Notes under the pieces: generated by a model
Databases searched by the model: none
Seen by the model: the letters and a program-made list of their open reading frames with translations, nothing else
Told to the model about the DNA's origin: nothing
Position numbers and translations under genes: made by a program
Assembly (NCBI GenBank): GCA_049999805.1
Contig: JBNGIO010006304.1
Span: forward strand, 354,157 to 418,156
DNA from: Folioceros fuciformis
Lineage: Eukaryota
Length of the DNA stretch: 64,000 nt
Reading direction: 5' to 3'
Shown here: piece by piece, positions 14,165 to 26,032 of the stretch
Layout: every line of letters starts with the position of its first letter
Numbering within the stretch: position 1 is the stretch's first letter

Positions 14165-14282
14165 TGAGCATTGTGAGAATCGAACTCACATCTTCAGGGT
14201 ATAGTAGGAGGATTCTATTTAACTACTATATTTCCTCATTACATAGAGGAGCCCTAATGTCGGACCACTAGACTAAATGCTC
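14165..14282 (-). ncRNA. tRNA-like RNA (118 nt) with a non-canonical, bifurcated anticodon arm
   Basis: Minus strand reads GAGCATT TA GTC-TAGTGGTCC-GAC A TTAGGG [insert] CCCTGA AGAT GTGAG-TTCGATT-CTCAC AATGCTC A. Acceptor stem and T-arm pair perfectly, A and B boxes are present, and T-runs follow downstream. Confidence 0.65.
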
Positions 14283-14807
14283 AATGCTATGTTAAAATCA
14301 GTGTTACCTATTAATATATATTATATTATATTTATGCTGAAAATGTTCTATATATTTGCTGAATAATAATTATTGATTAAAAATAGGTATATATATATAA
14401 ACAAGGTCGGAATTGGACTCGTGCCGTTAGGGGGCGTAGGATTAGGAGAAGTGAGCTCGGAGCAAAATGGAAGGGTTGTTGGCCCACGTCCCGGTTCCCG
14501 TTTCAGGCTCTGGTCTGTTTTGTTTGCTTCCCTCTCTCCTCTCTTCTGGTCTGGTCTGGTCTCGTGTCGTCTCCGGTGGCCTGGCCACACAGAGCGAGTT
14601 GAGGCCGTCAGTGCACCCGTAGCGCCAGGAATGCCCCGGGCGTCAGCAAGCTGTCCACGCCGCGGCCACAGCAACGATCGCTGCCCCGCCTCAGATCTGG
14701 CTCTTGGTTCCTCGGCGATCCGCGCTGCACCGCATTCCAGCTGACTTGGCTGGGATTTTGTGCCGCGAGGTGTGATCGAGGGAACCAATTGCGCGATTCC
14801 GCCGGCC

Positions 14808-17134
14808 ATGGCGAGGCGCTTCTGCCTTGTGTCGCTGCCGGTGCAGGGCTCCGCTAATGAGACGTGGAGCACGCTGCAGCACACCCTGTCCGCGATTGCC
14901 TTCGACACGCCCAACTACNNNNNNNNNNNNNNNNNNNNNNNNNNNNNNNNNNNNNNNNNNNNNNNNNNNNNNNNNNNNNNNNNNNNNNNNNNNNNNNNNN
15001 NNNNNNNNNNNNNNNNNNNNNNNNNNNNNNNNNNNNNNNNNNNNNNNNNNNNNNNNNNNNNNNNNNNNNNNNNNNNNNNNNNNNNNNNNNNNNNNNNNNN
15101 NNNNNNNNNNNNNNNNNNNNNNNNNNNNNNNNNNNNNNNNNNNNNNNNNNNNNNNNNNNNNNNNNNNNNNNNNNNNNNNNNNNNNNNNNNNNNNNNNNNN
15201 NNNNNNNNNNNNNNNNNNNNNNNNNNNNNNNNNNNNNNNNNNNNNNNNNNNNNNNNNNNNNNNNNNNNNNNNNNNNNNNNNNNNNNNNNNNNNNNNNNNN
15301 NNNNNNNNNNNNNNNNNNTTTTTTTGTGTGGAGCGTATGGGTTGGGGGTGCGAGCGGGGGAGAGGGTCGATGGATGGATGGATGGGTGGAAAGAGGAGGG
15401 AGGAGGCTGGAGGCTGATGCCGTCGTCGTCTTTCCTTGCGGCGCAGGCGAACTCGATGGTGGAGGGAGTCGCCCATAAACTGCGGCGTCAGATTGAGGAC
15501 TTCCAAAGACTGGACGCAGGTGCTGAGTCGACTGCCTTGACTGTCAATGGAGTCCCTATTGATACTTACATCACCGGGTTGGTAAACTTGCTAGCGATCT
15601 GGCATCCGTTGATCTGCTGTCTGGAGTGCTGTGTTGACGGGCCGGTTGGTGGGTTTCTCAGCTTCACATGGGATGAGGCCAAGTATCCGGTTGTGAGTCC
15701 GTTGAGAGAGATTGTGGACGCAATCCACAAGAATGTGGCAGAGCTCGAAGATGACATGAAGGTGATGGCCCGTCCAGGTTTGCTGCTCTTGATGACCTAC
15801 AGACTTGGGTGCACCAGTGTTCTGATTGGCTTCCTGTGCAAGCACAGGTCCGAGTCGCTGAGGCTAGTAGTGTGAAGAGCCAACTGAATGCCCTGAGTCG
15901 CAAGCAAACTGGCAGGTAGCTGGCGTATTTTCTCATCTGGACTGACCGTTGTGCAAATCTTGGACACTGCCAAGAGTCTGTGTGGTGTGCAAGTGCCTCA
16001 CTTTCCACTTGACATGGATGCAGTCTGCTCGTGCGGGACCTCGCAGCCTACATCAAGGCCAACGATGTTGTCCATTCTGAGAATCTCACCACGCTCTTGG
16101 TGATTGTCCCAAAGTTCTCTCAAAAGGAGTGGATAGCAAGTTACGAGACCTTATCCCAGTGGGTGGTACTGAACATCTTGAACTTTCAACTTGCTCGTTA
16201 TCAAAATCATCAGCCATTTGTACTGTATTGAAGATGACATCCGTTCTGCGATTCCTGGTGTTCCAGGTTCCTCGGTCATCGAAGCTGCTGTTGGAAGAAA
16301 ATGATTACGCTCTGTATACAGTGACGCTGTTTAAGAAAGTAGCTGAGGATTTCAAGGCTGCTTCCCGTGCCAAGGGCTTCCAAGTAAGCTCACCTTCCAT
16401 TGTCTCTCTGGTGTACTCAGGCCCAGCAAGTTTGTGTCAGTCACACTAACAAAAGGAGGTAGGTAGGTCCGCGAATATGCCCATGATCCAGAGGCCCAGG
16501 AGAAACAGTCAGCGGAGCTTGTTACCCTCACAAGAGCCCAAAAGGAGCTGCAGAGTTCGCTAAAAACTTGGTGTTATGCCAGCTTCGCAGAGGTGCAAAT
16601 TCTCAGCCTGTCAGCCTCTCGTCTGACGATGCCCTCAGGTCAGGGCAAATGTGTGATGTGTGAAACTGGCTCGTGAGTGCAGACTGTCAAGTGTTGGATG
16701 CACTTGCTTGCAATTAAACTTTTCGCCGAGAGTATACTTCGATATGGACTGCCACCAGCATTTGTGGTATGTCTCGCTTTTTGTCGCTTTGCATAAGCGA
16801 GCTGCACTCCCTGGACCATCAGACTTCCGAACTGATCATGAAACGTTTTTTTTATCTTACTTTGCAGGCGGCCGTTATAGCCCCAAATCCAAAAAATGAG
16901 AAGAAAGTCAGGCAACTTCTTGATCAGCTCTCAGGATCATCAGACAGGTGAGGTTCCTTCAATTCGATCTAACTTGGATCAGAGCTTCTGCTTGCAGCAG
17001 TCCCTAACGACGTGCCTTCTGCTGCTATCAGTTCACTCTGGAAAGGAGAATCAGAGGCAGCTCTGGCGGGATTGACTGGTGGGGAATCTGAAGTTTATCC
17101 TTACGTGTCACTAACCATGAACTTAGGTGGTTAG
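14808..17134 (+). CDS. VHA-C: V-type H+-ATPase subunit C, multi-exon, with a 400-N gap inside
   Basis: MARRFCLVSLPVQGSA...FDTPNY, FTWDEAKYP, ENLTTLLVIVPK, VPRSSKLL, ESILRYGLPP and the C-terminal YPYVSLTMNLGG*. Confidence 0.92.
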
Positions 17135-17754
17135 CGGACATGAGAACCGCGCTGTCCGGTTATGCTGAGATAAGCATCATGCTCCCTCGTTATGAGAGAT
17201 ATTCGAGGCTGTTCCTCCTGCAGTGAAGCTTACCGGCTCCTGACAAAATCGGTTTGAAAGGATGTTATCGCCCATGTAGAGTGCAACTTTGGTACATGTA
17301 TGTAAGCTGACAAATGACCAACGTGAACATGGTGTGATGCTTATGGCCTAACGGTTCGGACTGATTCGTGTTCCTTTAGTGAGCAATCAAAGGAGTCCAG
17401 GTGTTGACAATTTGCATTGACAGCTCCCTACAGCGTAGTTGTGGGGAAAGTTCCTGATCTTTGGCATGCTTTGATGCGGTCACCTGTTGGATCCACGCAC
17501 TTGCTTTTGCGGTCTTTTGTGGCCTTCAAGAGAATTATTATAGATTCGTTGATACTTTATGTAGCTCCGAAGGCAGGCTGAGAATCTTCCGGAGCAATTA
17601 TATACATTTTCCTTCAACTTGAACTCCTCGATCCTAACTCAGAGAGGTGCCCCTGCCTCCTACATAATGCCTATTCTTCAGTTTTGCATCAGCGGTGATT
17701 GTAGCGACCAGGATTGTTCCAATTCGTGTTATTTGCAGGTTGCTTACACCAGCC

Positions 17755-19394
17755 ATGGCTGCTAAACAGCGTGGCGCAGAAATCGCTGTCTTACTTCTAT
17801 CTTTGCTCGTTGTGTCATCTCTAACGGTGTCCCATGCGTCTGCGAATCCTCTTTGGACATCCTCTAGTCAGCCCAGCCATGCACCCGGGCTCATCAAGTC
17901 GAAAACATACCTTTCTCCAGCAATCAGGCTGGGCCCAGGGGAAGTGAGCAACAAGAACTACACAATCGAGTTTCCGAAAGGTCACATTGCCATCAAGGGG
18001 CTGCTCGCGGAGTTGGTGGATGCCAAAGGCAACCCTGTTCCCCTGCACGAAGTCTACCTGCATCACTGGGTCATCATGAGGTGATTCCCGCGTAGACGAT
18101 GACAGCGCAGCTGGCTGCTCCGCCTTGAACCATAATTGAGAGAACTTCCCGTGGCCAGCGAACGAATGTGTGCGACTGACGTAACCTGGCTGCAGGACAC
18201 TTGAGAAGACACGCGATCCAGAAGGCTTGTTCTCGCCAGAATTCAAGCCCACAGTAGAGATGGTCCCTAACCGAGGACTGTGTGACGACGGCGTCCTTCG
18301 CCAATACTTCGGTCTGGGCTCTGAAACGAGGCGTACCAACTACGCCATCCCTGATCCCTACGGCATCGTGGTCGGCGACCCGAATGGGGTACCCAAGGGG
18401 TTTGAGGACGGCTGGGACCTGACCGTGCACGCCATCGACACTCGCGCAACTTTGGATCCGAGAGGATGCGCAGAGTGCAGGTCTGTCCTAATTTTCACTT
18501 TCACGCAACACCGAAGGTGCAGACAGCGGCGATGAATTTCCACTTCTACCAACTCACGCGGGCCTCGCCTACGGTGCAGATGCAACTTGTACAACGAGTC
18601 GGCAACCATAACGATCCCTAAGACCTACGGAGGCGGGTTAGCCTGCTGCCTGGATGGAACACAATGCGCTCTCAAAAAGGGTCTGAAATCCCTACCCCCG
18701 ACGAAGACGTTCTACTTAAAGTACACGGTGGAGTGGATCGACTGGGACTCCAGCGTTGTACCGGTGGGAATCTACGTAATCGATGCCACAGACACTGGAG
18801 TCCGATCGAAGTCCAAGAACGAATACTTGGGATGCAAGGTGCTGCCAAATTCTATCTCCCGTGATCCGCTACCTGCTGGAAGACAATCCAGGCAGCGCTG
18901 CTCACAACCTCATGGCCTGTTGTCTCGCAGGTAGAGTACCAGGTTCCCGCTTGCAACACGGGCCTGAGGTCGGACTTGTGCGTCCACACCGCGGAATCCA
19001 CCTCGCCTGCCCTCCCAAAGGCTGGCCGTGTGGTCTACGCTGTCGCACACCAACACGCTGGAGGCATTGGTTCCACTCTCCACAAAGAGGTTCGCGTTTT
19101 TGAACGTCTCAACTAGCTCGTCTTTCGCGTTTCGCGTCTCACCAACCATTGCATTCTCGAGTGACCTAATTTGACAACGTTGTCCAGGATGGAAGCGAGA
19201 TATGCACCTCCGAGCCCATCTACGGAAGCGGCAAACAAGCGGGTGATGAGGCAGGCTACATCGTGGGCATGACCGCGTGCTACCCTGATGTAGACGTTAA
19301 GCAGGGCGGCAAGCTCCACATGCAGTCCAGATATAGCTCACTCCGAGCCCACACTGGCGTTATGGGTCTTTTTTATCTTCTGATATCAGAGTGA
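17755..19394 (+). CDS. SURNod19 (stress up-regulated Nod19)-family protein, copy 1, secreted form
   Basis: Signal peptide, LGPGEVSNK, FPKGHIAIK, PLHEVYLHHW, GLGSETRRT, PDPYGI, VHAIDTR, FYLKYTVEW, AHQHAGG and HTGVMGLFY. Five exons. Confidence 0.88.
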
Positions 19395-19938
19395 AATCCC
19401 GGTGGAAATCCGGTTCTGAATCGTGTCCCTGCTTCTTACATATGTAGTTACATATTTTGAATAAACCCCAAAGGTCAGTGTGATTGAAGCATCCAGTTGA
19501 GCTATGGCTATGGCTTGGATGAGTAACTTTATAAGACCGAATCATGAAATGGCTTACTGGCCTGGCTGTATGTAGGCTTGATCTGAAATTTGACATTTGG
19601 GGGGGGGGTGTAGTTGCCATCGTCTGGTTGCGTGTAAGCATCGGGTGTGAAAAAGCAAAGACGTGAAGATAGCATGACAGGGTATCAAAGCACACGCAAA
19701 GAGCGAGACTAGAGACGAGAGATGGAAGATTTGAAGGAAACGCCGGCTTCATGGAGCATGACACCGGCGTGTTCAGGCATCACCGTTGTCCTCACCCTGC
19801 GTGCATCGCGATCCCTGTGCTTATAACAAGAGAATTGAGCGACTCATGATTCGTGTTTCCAGGAGTCGGTTCCACTTCCACTTCCCTGAACCTGTACCCG
19901 GTTGCTACAACCAGGACGATCGCAGCTTCGCCTCAGGC

Positions 19939-20532
19939 ATGGCGGCTTGGAAGCATTTGTGGATAGTAGCCTCCATCATCGTCACGCTCGCAGCGTGCGT
20001 GGTGGCTACGGGAGGCGGCCTGGCCGCCAACGCCCTAACGGAGCCGCAGAGAAGCGCCGTCGTCCGATTCTGGCCGCAGGTCTACAACCAGACCGGACGG
20101 CAGACCCTGCAGGTGACGGTGCCGCCGGTGGGAGCGAATGGCTTCGGCCAGGTAATCGTCATAGACGCGGACGTCACCATCGGCCCGGACCCCGATTCCA
20201 CCCTGATCGGGAGGGGCAACGGTGCCATCTTCTTCGATAACATGGAGTTCCCGGGCTACGATAATGCTGTAACGCTAACGCTGAACAGCGACAGCGGCGT
20301 CCCTCAGAATAGCAGCCTCAACTTCGATGGATTCACGCCGTACCCTTCCGTCTTCCCGGAGCCTTACGACTACTCGGTCGTGGGAGGGACCGGCGCTTTC
20401 GCCTGTGCCAAGGGAGTTTCCACCCAGTCCGTTTTCTACTCCAACGCAACCCTCACCACCGTTGCCGAGATCGCGTACATCGTCTTCGGGTGCGGGTTCA
20501 ACCCCGACAAGGCATTCTACCTCTTCTTCTAA
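19939..20532 (+). CDS. Dirigent-like protein, single exon, secreted
   Basis: Signal peptide plus dirigent motifs FGQVIVIDADVTIGPDPDSTLIGRGNG and SVVGGTGAFACAKG. Confidence 0.8.
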   Translation: MAAWKHLWIVASIIVTLAACVVATGGGLAANALTEPQRSAVVRFWPQVYNQTGRQTLQVTVPPVGANGFGQVIVIDADVTIGPDPDSTLIGRGNGAIFFDNMEFPGYDNAVTLTLNSDSGVPQNSSLNFDGFTPYPSVFPEPYDYSVVGGTGAFACAKGVSTQSVFYSNATLTTVAEIAYIVFGCGFNPDKAFYLFF

Positions 20533-21119
20533 CGGCCATCGGTGTAGGCAGAGGCGTAAGCACAGCCACAGACACAGACGCGGGCATAAAAACACGCATA
20601 GGCGTAGCCACAGCCGTGCGTATAGACACAGGCCCAGGCATAGCCACATCCATAGGCATAGCCATGGCCATGGCCTTGTTGTGTAAGCACGGTTTCTGAC
20701 GCAGTTTCGCTGCTGGCACGGCGGGATTGCCGATCTATCAATAGCCGAATCCAACTGGACGACCGTTGTAGGTGCTGGGTGGGGCCACATTACTGGCCAA
20801 GGAACCTGCAGGACATGAAAGGAAGGATGCCTACCACCATCCTGGCTGTCTCGATACTACTACGTCATCACTGTGCGTCATCGAGGGCTCTCTTGCGAGA
20901 TCCCTCGACTGACGATCCTCCACGGATGGTACTGTGGGAGAGAGGACGCCAGGTGAGCCTGCCGGCGCCCGAAAGTAGCTTGCCTCACACGTTTGGAGTT
21001 GGGATGGTAGGAATGAGAAGGCTCGATCTTTGTCGAGCTCGAGTTTTTGACGATGACCCACGGAATTGAATTCGGAGTGTTGCAGGTGTTAGCGTGGGGG
21101 AACTGACGAGGCACCCAAC

Positions 21120-23161
21120 ATGGAACGCGCCAGCACCGGCACTGTAGGACTGGCGTTTGTGGTTGGATTGCTCTGGGTTTGCCAGACTGTTGTGTCTCTC
21201 GAGTTGCCCGAGTGGAGCACTTTCAGCAGCTTCCAGCATGGGGTTGGGGTCAAGTCCCGGTCTTTCCTGTCGGAGCCTATCACTCTGGGCCCTGGGGAGG
21301 TCAGCAACAAGCTCCACCGGATGGGGTTTCCCAAGGGCCATATCGCGGTAAAGGGGTTCGATGGGGAGCTGGTGGACGAGGAGGGCAACTCTGTGCCTTT
21401 GCATCAGGTCTATCTCCATCACTGGCTGCTCTCACGGTGAGTCGTGACGACGGGGGGGGATGTCAAGTGTGTGGTGAAGGAGGCAGGCAGGTGGGGAGGC
21501 CGTGGCTCTGACACCATTTGTGCCATGGAGCAGGTTCCATGTCGCAGACACGCCGGATCCGGATGGTCAGTTCTCGCGCCATTTTAACTCCACAGTTTTC
21601 AAGGTTCGGAATGATGGGATTTGTCAGGACGGTGCTCTGGACCAGATCTTTGGACTCGGTGCCGAGACCAGGCACACCAACTATGCTATCCCTGATCCGT
21701 ATGGGATAGTTCTCGGTGATCCGGATGTCATACCGCCAGGATTTCACGAGGACTGGTTGCTTAATGTGCATGCTATAGATACCCGGTCAGTCCTGGATAG
21801 GATGGGCTGCGCTGAATGCAGGTGAGGCTTGCACTGGTCCTGGTTGGTTTCTCTTCTGCTTCTAAGCTCTCAGCTGACTGGTATTCTGAGAGATGATAGT
21901 TTGGTTCGATCTTGTGCAGGTGCAACCTATACGATGTGGATGTGGCCTCCATGTATGGACAAGAACTAGCCAACTACACTGGGGGTTTGCTTTGCTGCGA
22001 TGACGGATTTCGATGTGCACTGACGGCAAATCCTGTGCCTGAGAAGAAGACCTACTACTTGAAGTACACCGTGCACTGGGTAGACTGGAGTCCTGCCGTT
22101 GTGCCTTTGAGGGTTTACATTTTCGATGTCTCGGACTCAGGGATACGGAATCAAGGGGACGTTTTCCAGGGTTGTGTGGTAGGACACTCATTCACTTCTC
22201 GCATCCAGATTTGTTGATTCTGTTGGCAAATAAGGGGAGCCACAAGGTGAGATTGCGTGGTGCACATGTGACAGGTCGAGTACAATGTTCCTATTTGCGA
22301 CAGGAGCTTGCCATCAACCTCATGTGTACACACCATGACCGGAACTATGCCACCTCTGCCTGAGGGCGGGGTAGTTGTGTATGGTGGCGGACACCTACAT
22401 GCTGGAGGCTTGGGACTCACCGCGTACAATGAGGTGGCTTCTTTCTTCCCTCTCAGAAACTTCAATCTTTCCGATAGGCAGGCAGCTTTTGGGGCTCTCA
22501 GGGGCACTACTGATACTAGTGTTTGGAGTGAAAGCCTGAGTGTTCTCCCTTGAGACACGTGTGACCGTGCTCGAGTTCATGTTGTTGCAGGACGGTCGAG
22601 AAATTTGTACCTCAGAACCATTCTACGGGACAGGGACAGCAGCAGGTGATGAGGCTGGCTACATTGTTGGGATGAGTGTATGCGTACCAACACCAGGAAC
22701 TGTGAAAGTGCACACCGGTGAGAAGCTCCAGCTTCAATCTCGGTACAGCTCACTCACAGACCGCTCTGGTGTGATGGGACTCTTCTATCTGCTAGTGGCA
22801 GACTTCGATCCTCTCACTGCTGGAAACTCTCAGCTTCAGTCGGCATCCTCTTCCCCGTTGACTGCGGATGCCCTGGTACAGTCCAGTCGCCTGACCTCTT
22901 CCTCTTTGGTACTCACCCTCAGGCTCACCTCCTTCCTACAACAAGTGCATGCACATGATGCTAACACGAATTCCCATACAACTTCTCACACAAGCACACG
23001 ATGCTAACACGAATTCTGCTTTTGGCTTCCACCAGGTGTCTGCTTACGTGACGACCATATTCGGACTTGCAGGGGTTATTGCGGCGTGTGGCATCATCGC
23101 TGTATGCCTGGTGGTCCTCAAACGAAAGAGAGAGCTGCAACAGTACGAGCACCTTGGGTGA
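21120..23161 (+). CDS. SURNod19-family protein, copy 2, with C-terminal transmembrane anchor
   Basis: Same motifs and intron positions as copy 1 (YLHHW, NVHAID, GHLHAGG, GVMGLFY). An extra last exon reads VSAYVTTIFGLAGVIAACGIIAVCLVVLKRKRELQQYEHLG*. Confidence 0.88.
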
Positions 23162-23932
23162 CTGGCCAAGGGACACCTAAGCTGTGCGGCACGTTGTGAA
23201 TAAGCAATGGTGTGTGTAAAGATAGGCAAAATGGCCTGGCCAGCTGTGCTTGCCTGTAGGTGCGGGCCGTCAACGTAACTGAATGTGAGCATGGAACGTG
23301 ATAGTTCTTGGCCACAGCTCTCCACGTGTTTATTCATCGAGAGTATTGTATTGTAAAGGTTCGTTGGATCATGGCGCCATCACCTTTGCGTAAAACCTCT
23401 CACAGCATCAACCGATCGGATCGGGTGCACACAGTTCCTCGACTACGAACTCCATTGTCGGTACAGGCCAAGCTTAGCGTACAGCTGATACTCTGACAAG
23501 ACCTTGGCTCGCCACCAACACGCGACACGGCATTCTGTATGACGCTATCCAAGTACCTAACGACACGTTTGAAACGAAAAAAGCAGGAAGGTGGTTTCTC
23601 TCCGCGCGCACTGGAAGTTGTCCAGAAAGTGGTCGAGCATATTATTGTTCGGCAGCCGCTATAAACGCAGCGAAGTTCCAAGCCTCAGCCGGAGCCAGGA
23701 GAAGACGGAGGAGTTAGCGTGTTGAGCGCGTCAACAGCTGATTTGCGAGAGAAGAGGAGGAAAAGGGACAATTCGGGGCAGGCTCAGGGTATAGGAATGC
23801 AGAGCAGCTCGCGAGAGACTGAAGGTGAGCGGCCTCGAATTCCCACATTCTCGTGAATTGAACATTCTTGTTCACGGTGTGTTGTTGCAGAATTCGGGGC
23901 AGCTCTGATGGTTGTGGGACAGGGGTGCAGGT

Positions 23933-25929
23933 ATGGGCGCCATGGCCAGGGAGCGCAGGAGCTGGATTCTTGGAGTCGTGTCGGCGTTTGCTTTCCAATT
24001 GCTCGTTTTGTCCCAGAATGCGGCGGCCGGTCGGGAGTTCAACTTGCCTGAAGTTACTGCTTCCAGCAATTTGAAGCAAGGGGCAGGAGTCATGTCTCAG
24101 ACGTATCTGTCGCATCCCTTCACGTTGGCCCCTGGGGACGTAAGCGATAATAATTACCGAGTTGAATTTCCGAGGGGTCATATTGGCATCAAGGGGTTCG
24201 ATGCTGAGGTGGTGGATGAGGAAGGCAACTCTGTCCCTCTGCACGAGGTTTATCTGCACCACTGGCTGTTGGCACGGTGAGTCGTTGTGCGTGGGCGTGA
24301 GCTCTCTCACTTCCATGTGAACGTGACGAGGCAGGGGCTTGTGGGTGTACCAGACTGACCTTTCAGCTCGCGTCGTTTGGATGATGCCTGCAGGTACCAT
24401 GTGGCGGACATTCCGGATCCGAAAGGTCGGTTCAGCGAACTGTTCAATTCTACGTATACCAGGGCTCGGAATGATGGACTTTGTCAAGACACGGCTCTTG
24501 ACCAGATTGTGGGAGTTGGTTCTGAGACCAGGCGCACGAACTACACCATCCCTAACCCCTACGCAATAGTTCAGGGTGATCCGAGTGTGGTACCGGCAGG
24601 ATACCATGAAGACTGGTTGCTTAATGTGCATGCCATCGATACTAGATCGGCTGTGGATAAAATGGGATGCATAGAGTGCAGGTCGGTGAATAACGTCCTT
24701 GTTAAGATTTCTTCTTGAGGCTCTGGTTGTTTAGCATACCTTCACGTGGAGTTTGTTTCTGGTGCAGGTGCGATCTGTATGGGGCGCTGTATACAGGGTC
24801 TGCGAATTATACTGGAGGCATATATTGCTGCAGGAATGGGTATCGCTGTGCAGTGACCGGTGAGCCTTTACCGGAAAAGAAGACATACTATTTGAAGTAC
24901 ACTGTGCATTGGGTGGAGTGGAATCCTAGTGTTGTACCTGTGCGAGTATACGTGCTCGATGTCACAGATTCAGGGCTACGTGATGGAAACAGCCTGAGTG
25001 TCGGATGCGCGGTGGGTTTATCACTGCCTTGTCTTCATTCAATGTTTGAACTGTGTTGGTATGGAAGCTATGGGACACGAGAGTAAGACAGCCTGCAGCC
25101 TACAACAAGTCTGACTCTCTCCATGCGTGAGTGGCAGATTGAGTACACCGTTCCTGCCTGCGACAGGAGCTTACCCGCAGCGTCATGTGTGCATGTTCTC
25201 GAGGGGAATATGCCACCTCTGCTTAAAGGTGGTCGGGTTGTGTATGGTCTCGGACATCAGCATGCTGGAGGATTGGGGACAACCCTGTATCATGAGGTGC
25301 GTTGTCTTCTGACTTGAAGGTTCAGGGCTTTGAGGAATGAGCAACCGGCATGTCTTGGAGGAGATGTTCGGGAAGTGTTTTTTCTGGTAAAGTTCGGTCG
25401 GAGTATGGTGACCAGAACTAGCTGATGTGGTTGCAGGATGGTCGTGAAATCTGCAATTCAGATCCTATTTACGGAACAGGGACAGCTGCAGGGGATGAAG
25501 CTGGATATATTGTTGGGATGAATGTGTGCTACCCACAAGTCAACATCTACCCTGGAGAGAAGTTGCGTCTTCAGTCTCGTTACAGCACGCTTGAAAGTCA
25601 TACCGGTGTGATGGGACTTTTCTACCTGCTAGTGGCAGACTCCGATGACGCGGAAGCTTCGAATTTTGATCTTGCCTCATCCCTCACCTCAAGCACGCAA
25701 GATGTTGTGGTACGATCTATTACTTCAAAGCCATCTTCTGCTACTTAAGTGTGTCTTGAAGAGAGGAAGACAGCATTAGTTGACACTGGAATTTTAACAA
25801 ATCGTTCCTTCTTGGCAGGTGTCTGCAGTTACATTTGGGAAGTTAAGTGCAGCTTGTACAGTAATTGTTGTGATTGTGGTGATTCTCACGAAACGGAGAC
25901 AGACCCACGATTACCAGCAACTTCGCTGA
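23933..25929 (+). CDS. SURNod19-family protein, copy 3, with C-terminal transmembrane anchor
   Basis: Same motifs and introns (YLHHW, NVHAID, GHQHAGG, HTGVMGLFY). The last exon reads VSAVTFGKLSAACTVIVVIVVILTKRRQTHDYQQLR*. Confidence 0.88.
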
Positions 25930-26032
25930 CTGTAGTACGCTGGATAGCCGTGCTATAGTTATAATTTTATGAAGGACACTGTGACATTTACAAGCCGGCG
26001 AACTGTAGTACTGCGTAGTGGTTGCCGTAATA

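Noticed and set aside
14165-14282. Canonical intron-containing tRNA-Arg(CCT) or tRNA-Pro(AGG)
   Set aside because: The CCT register gives C at position 37 and shifts the D-arm spacing. The AGG lies within a paired stem. Kept as a tRNA-like ncRNA instead.
14919-15318. Long ORFs spanning this interval
   Set aside because: Artefacts of a 400-N assembly gap.
20275-20790. RH-rich and LCL-rich ORFs
   Set aside because: Products of a degenerate hexamer repeat just downstream of the dirigent gene.
23714-24631. 305-aa minus-strand ORF
   Set aside because: Antisense to SURNod19 copy 3 with no independent motif.
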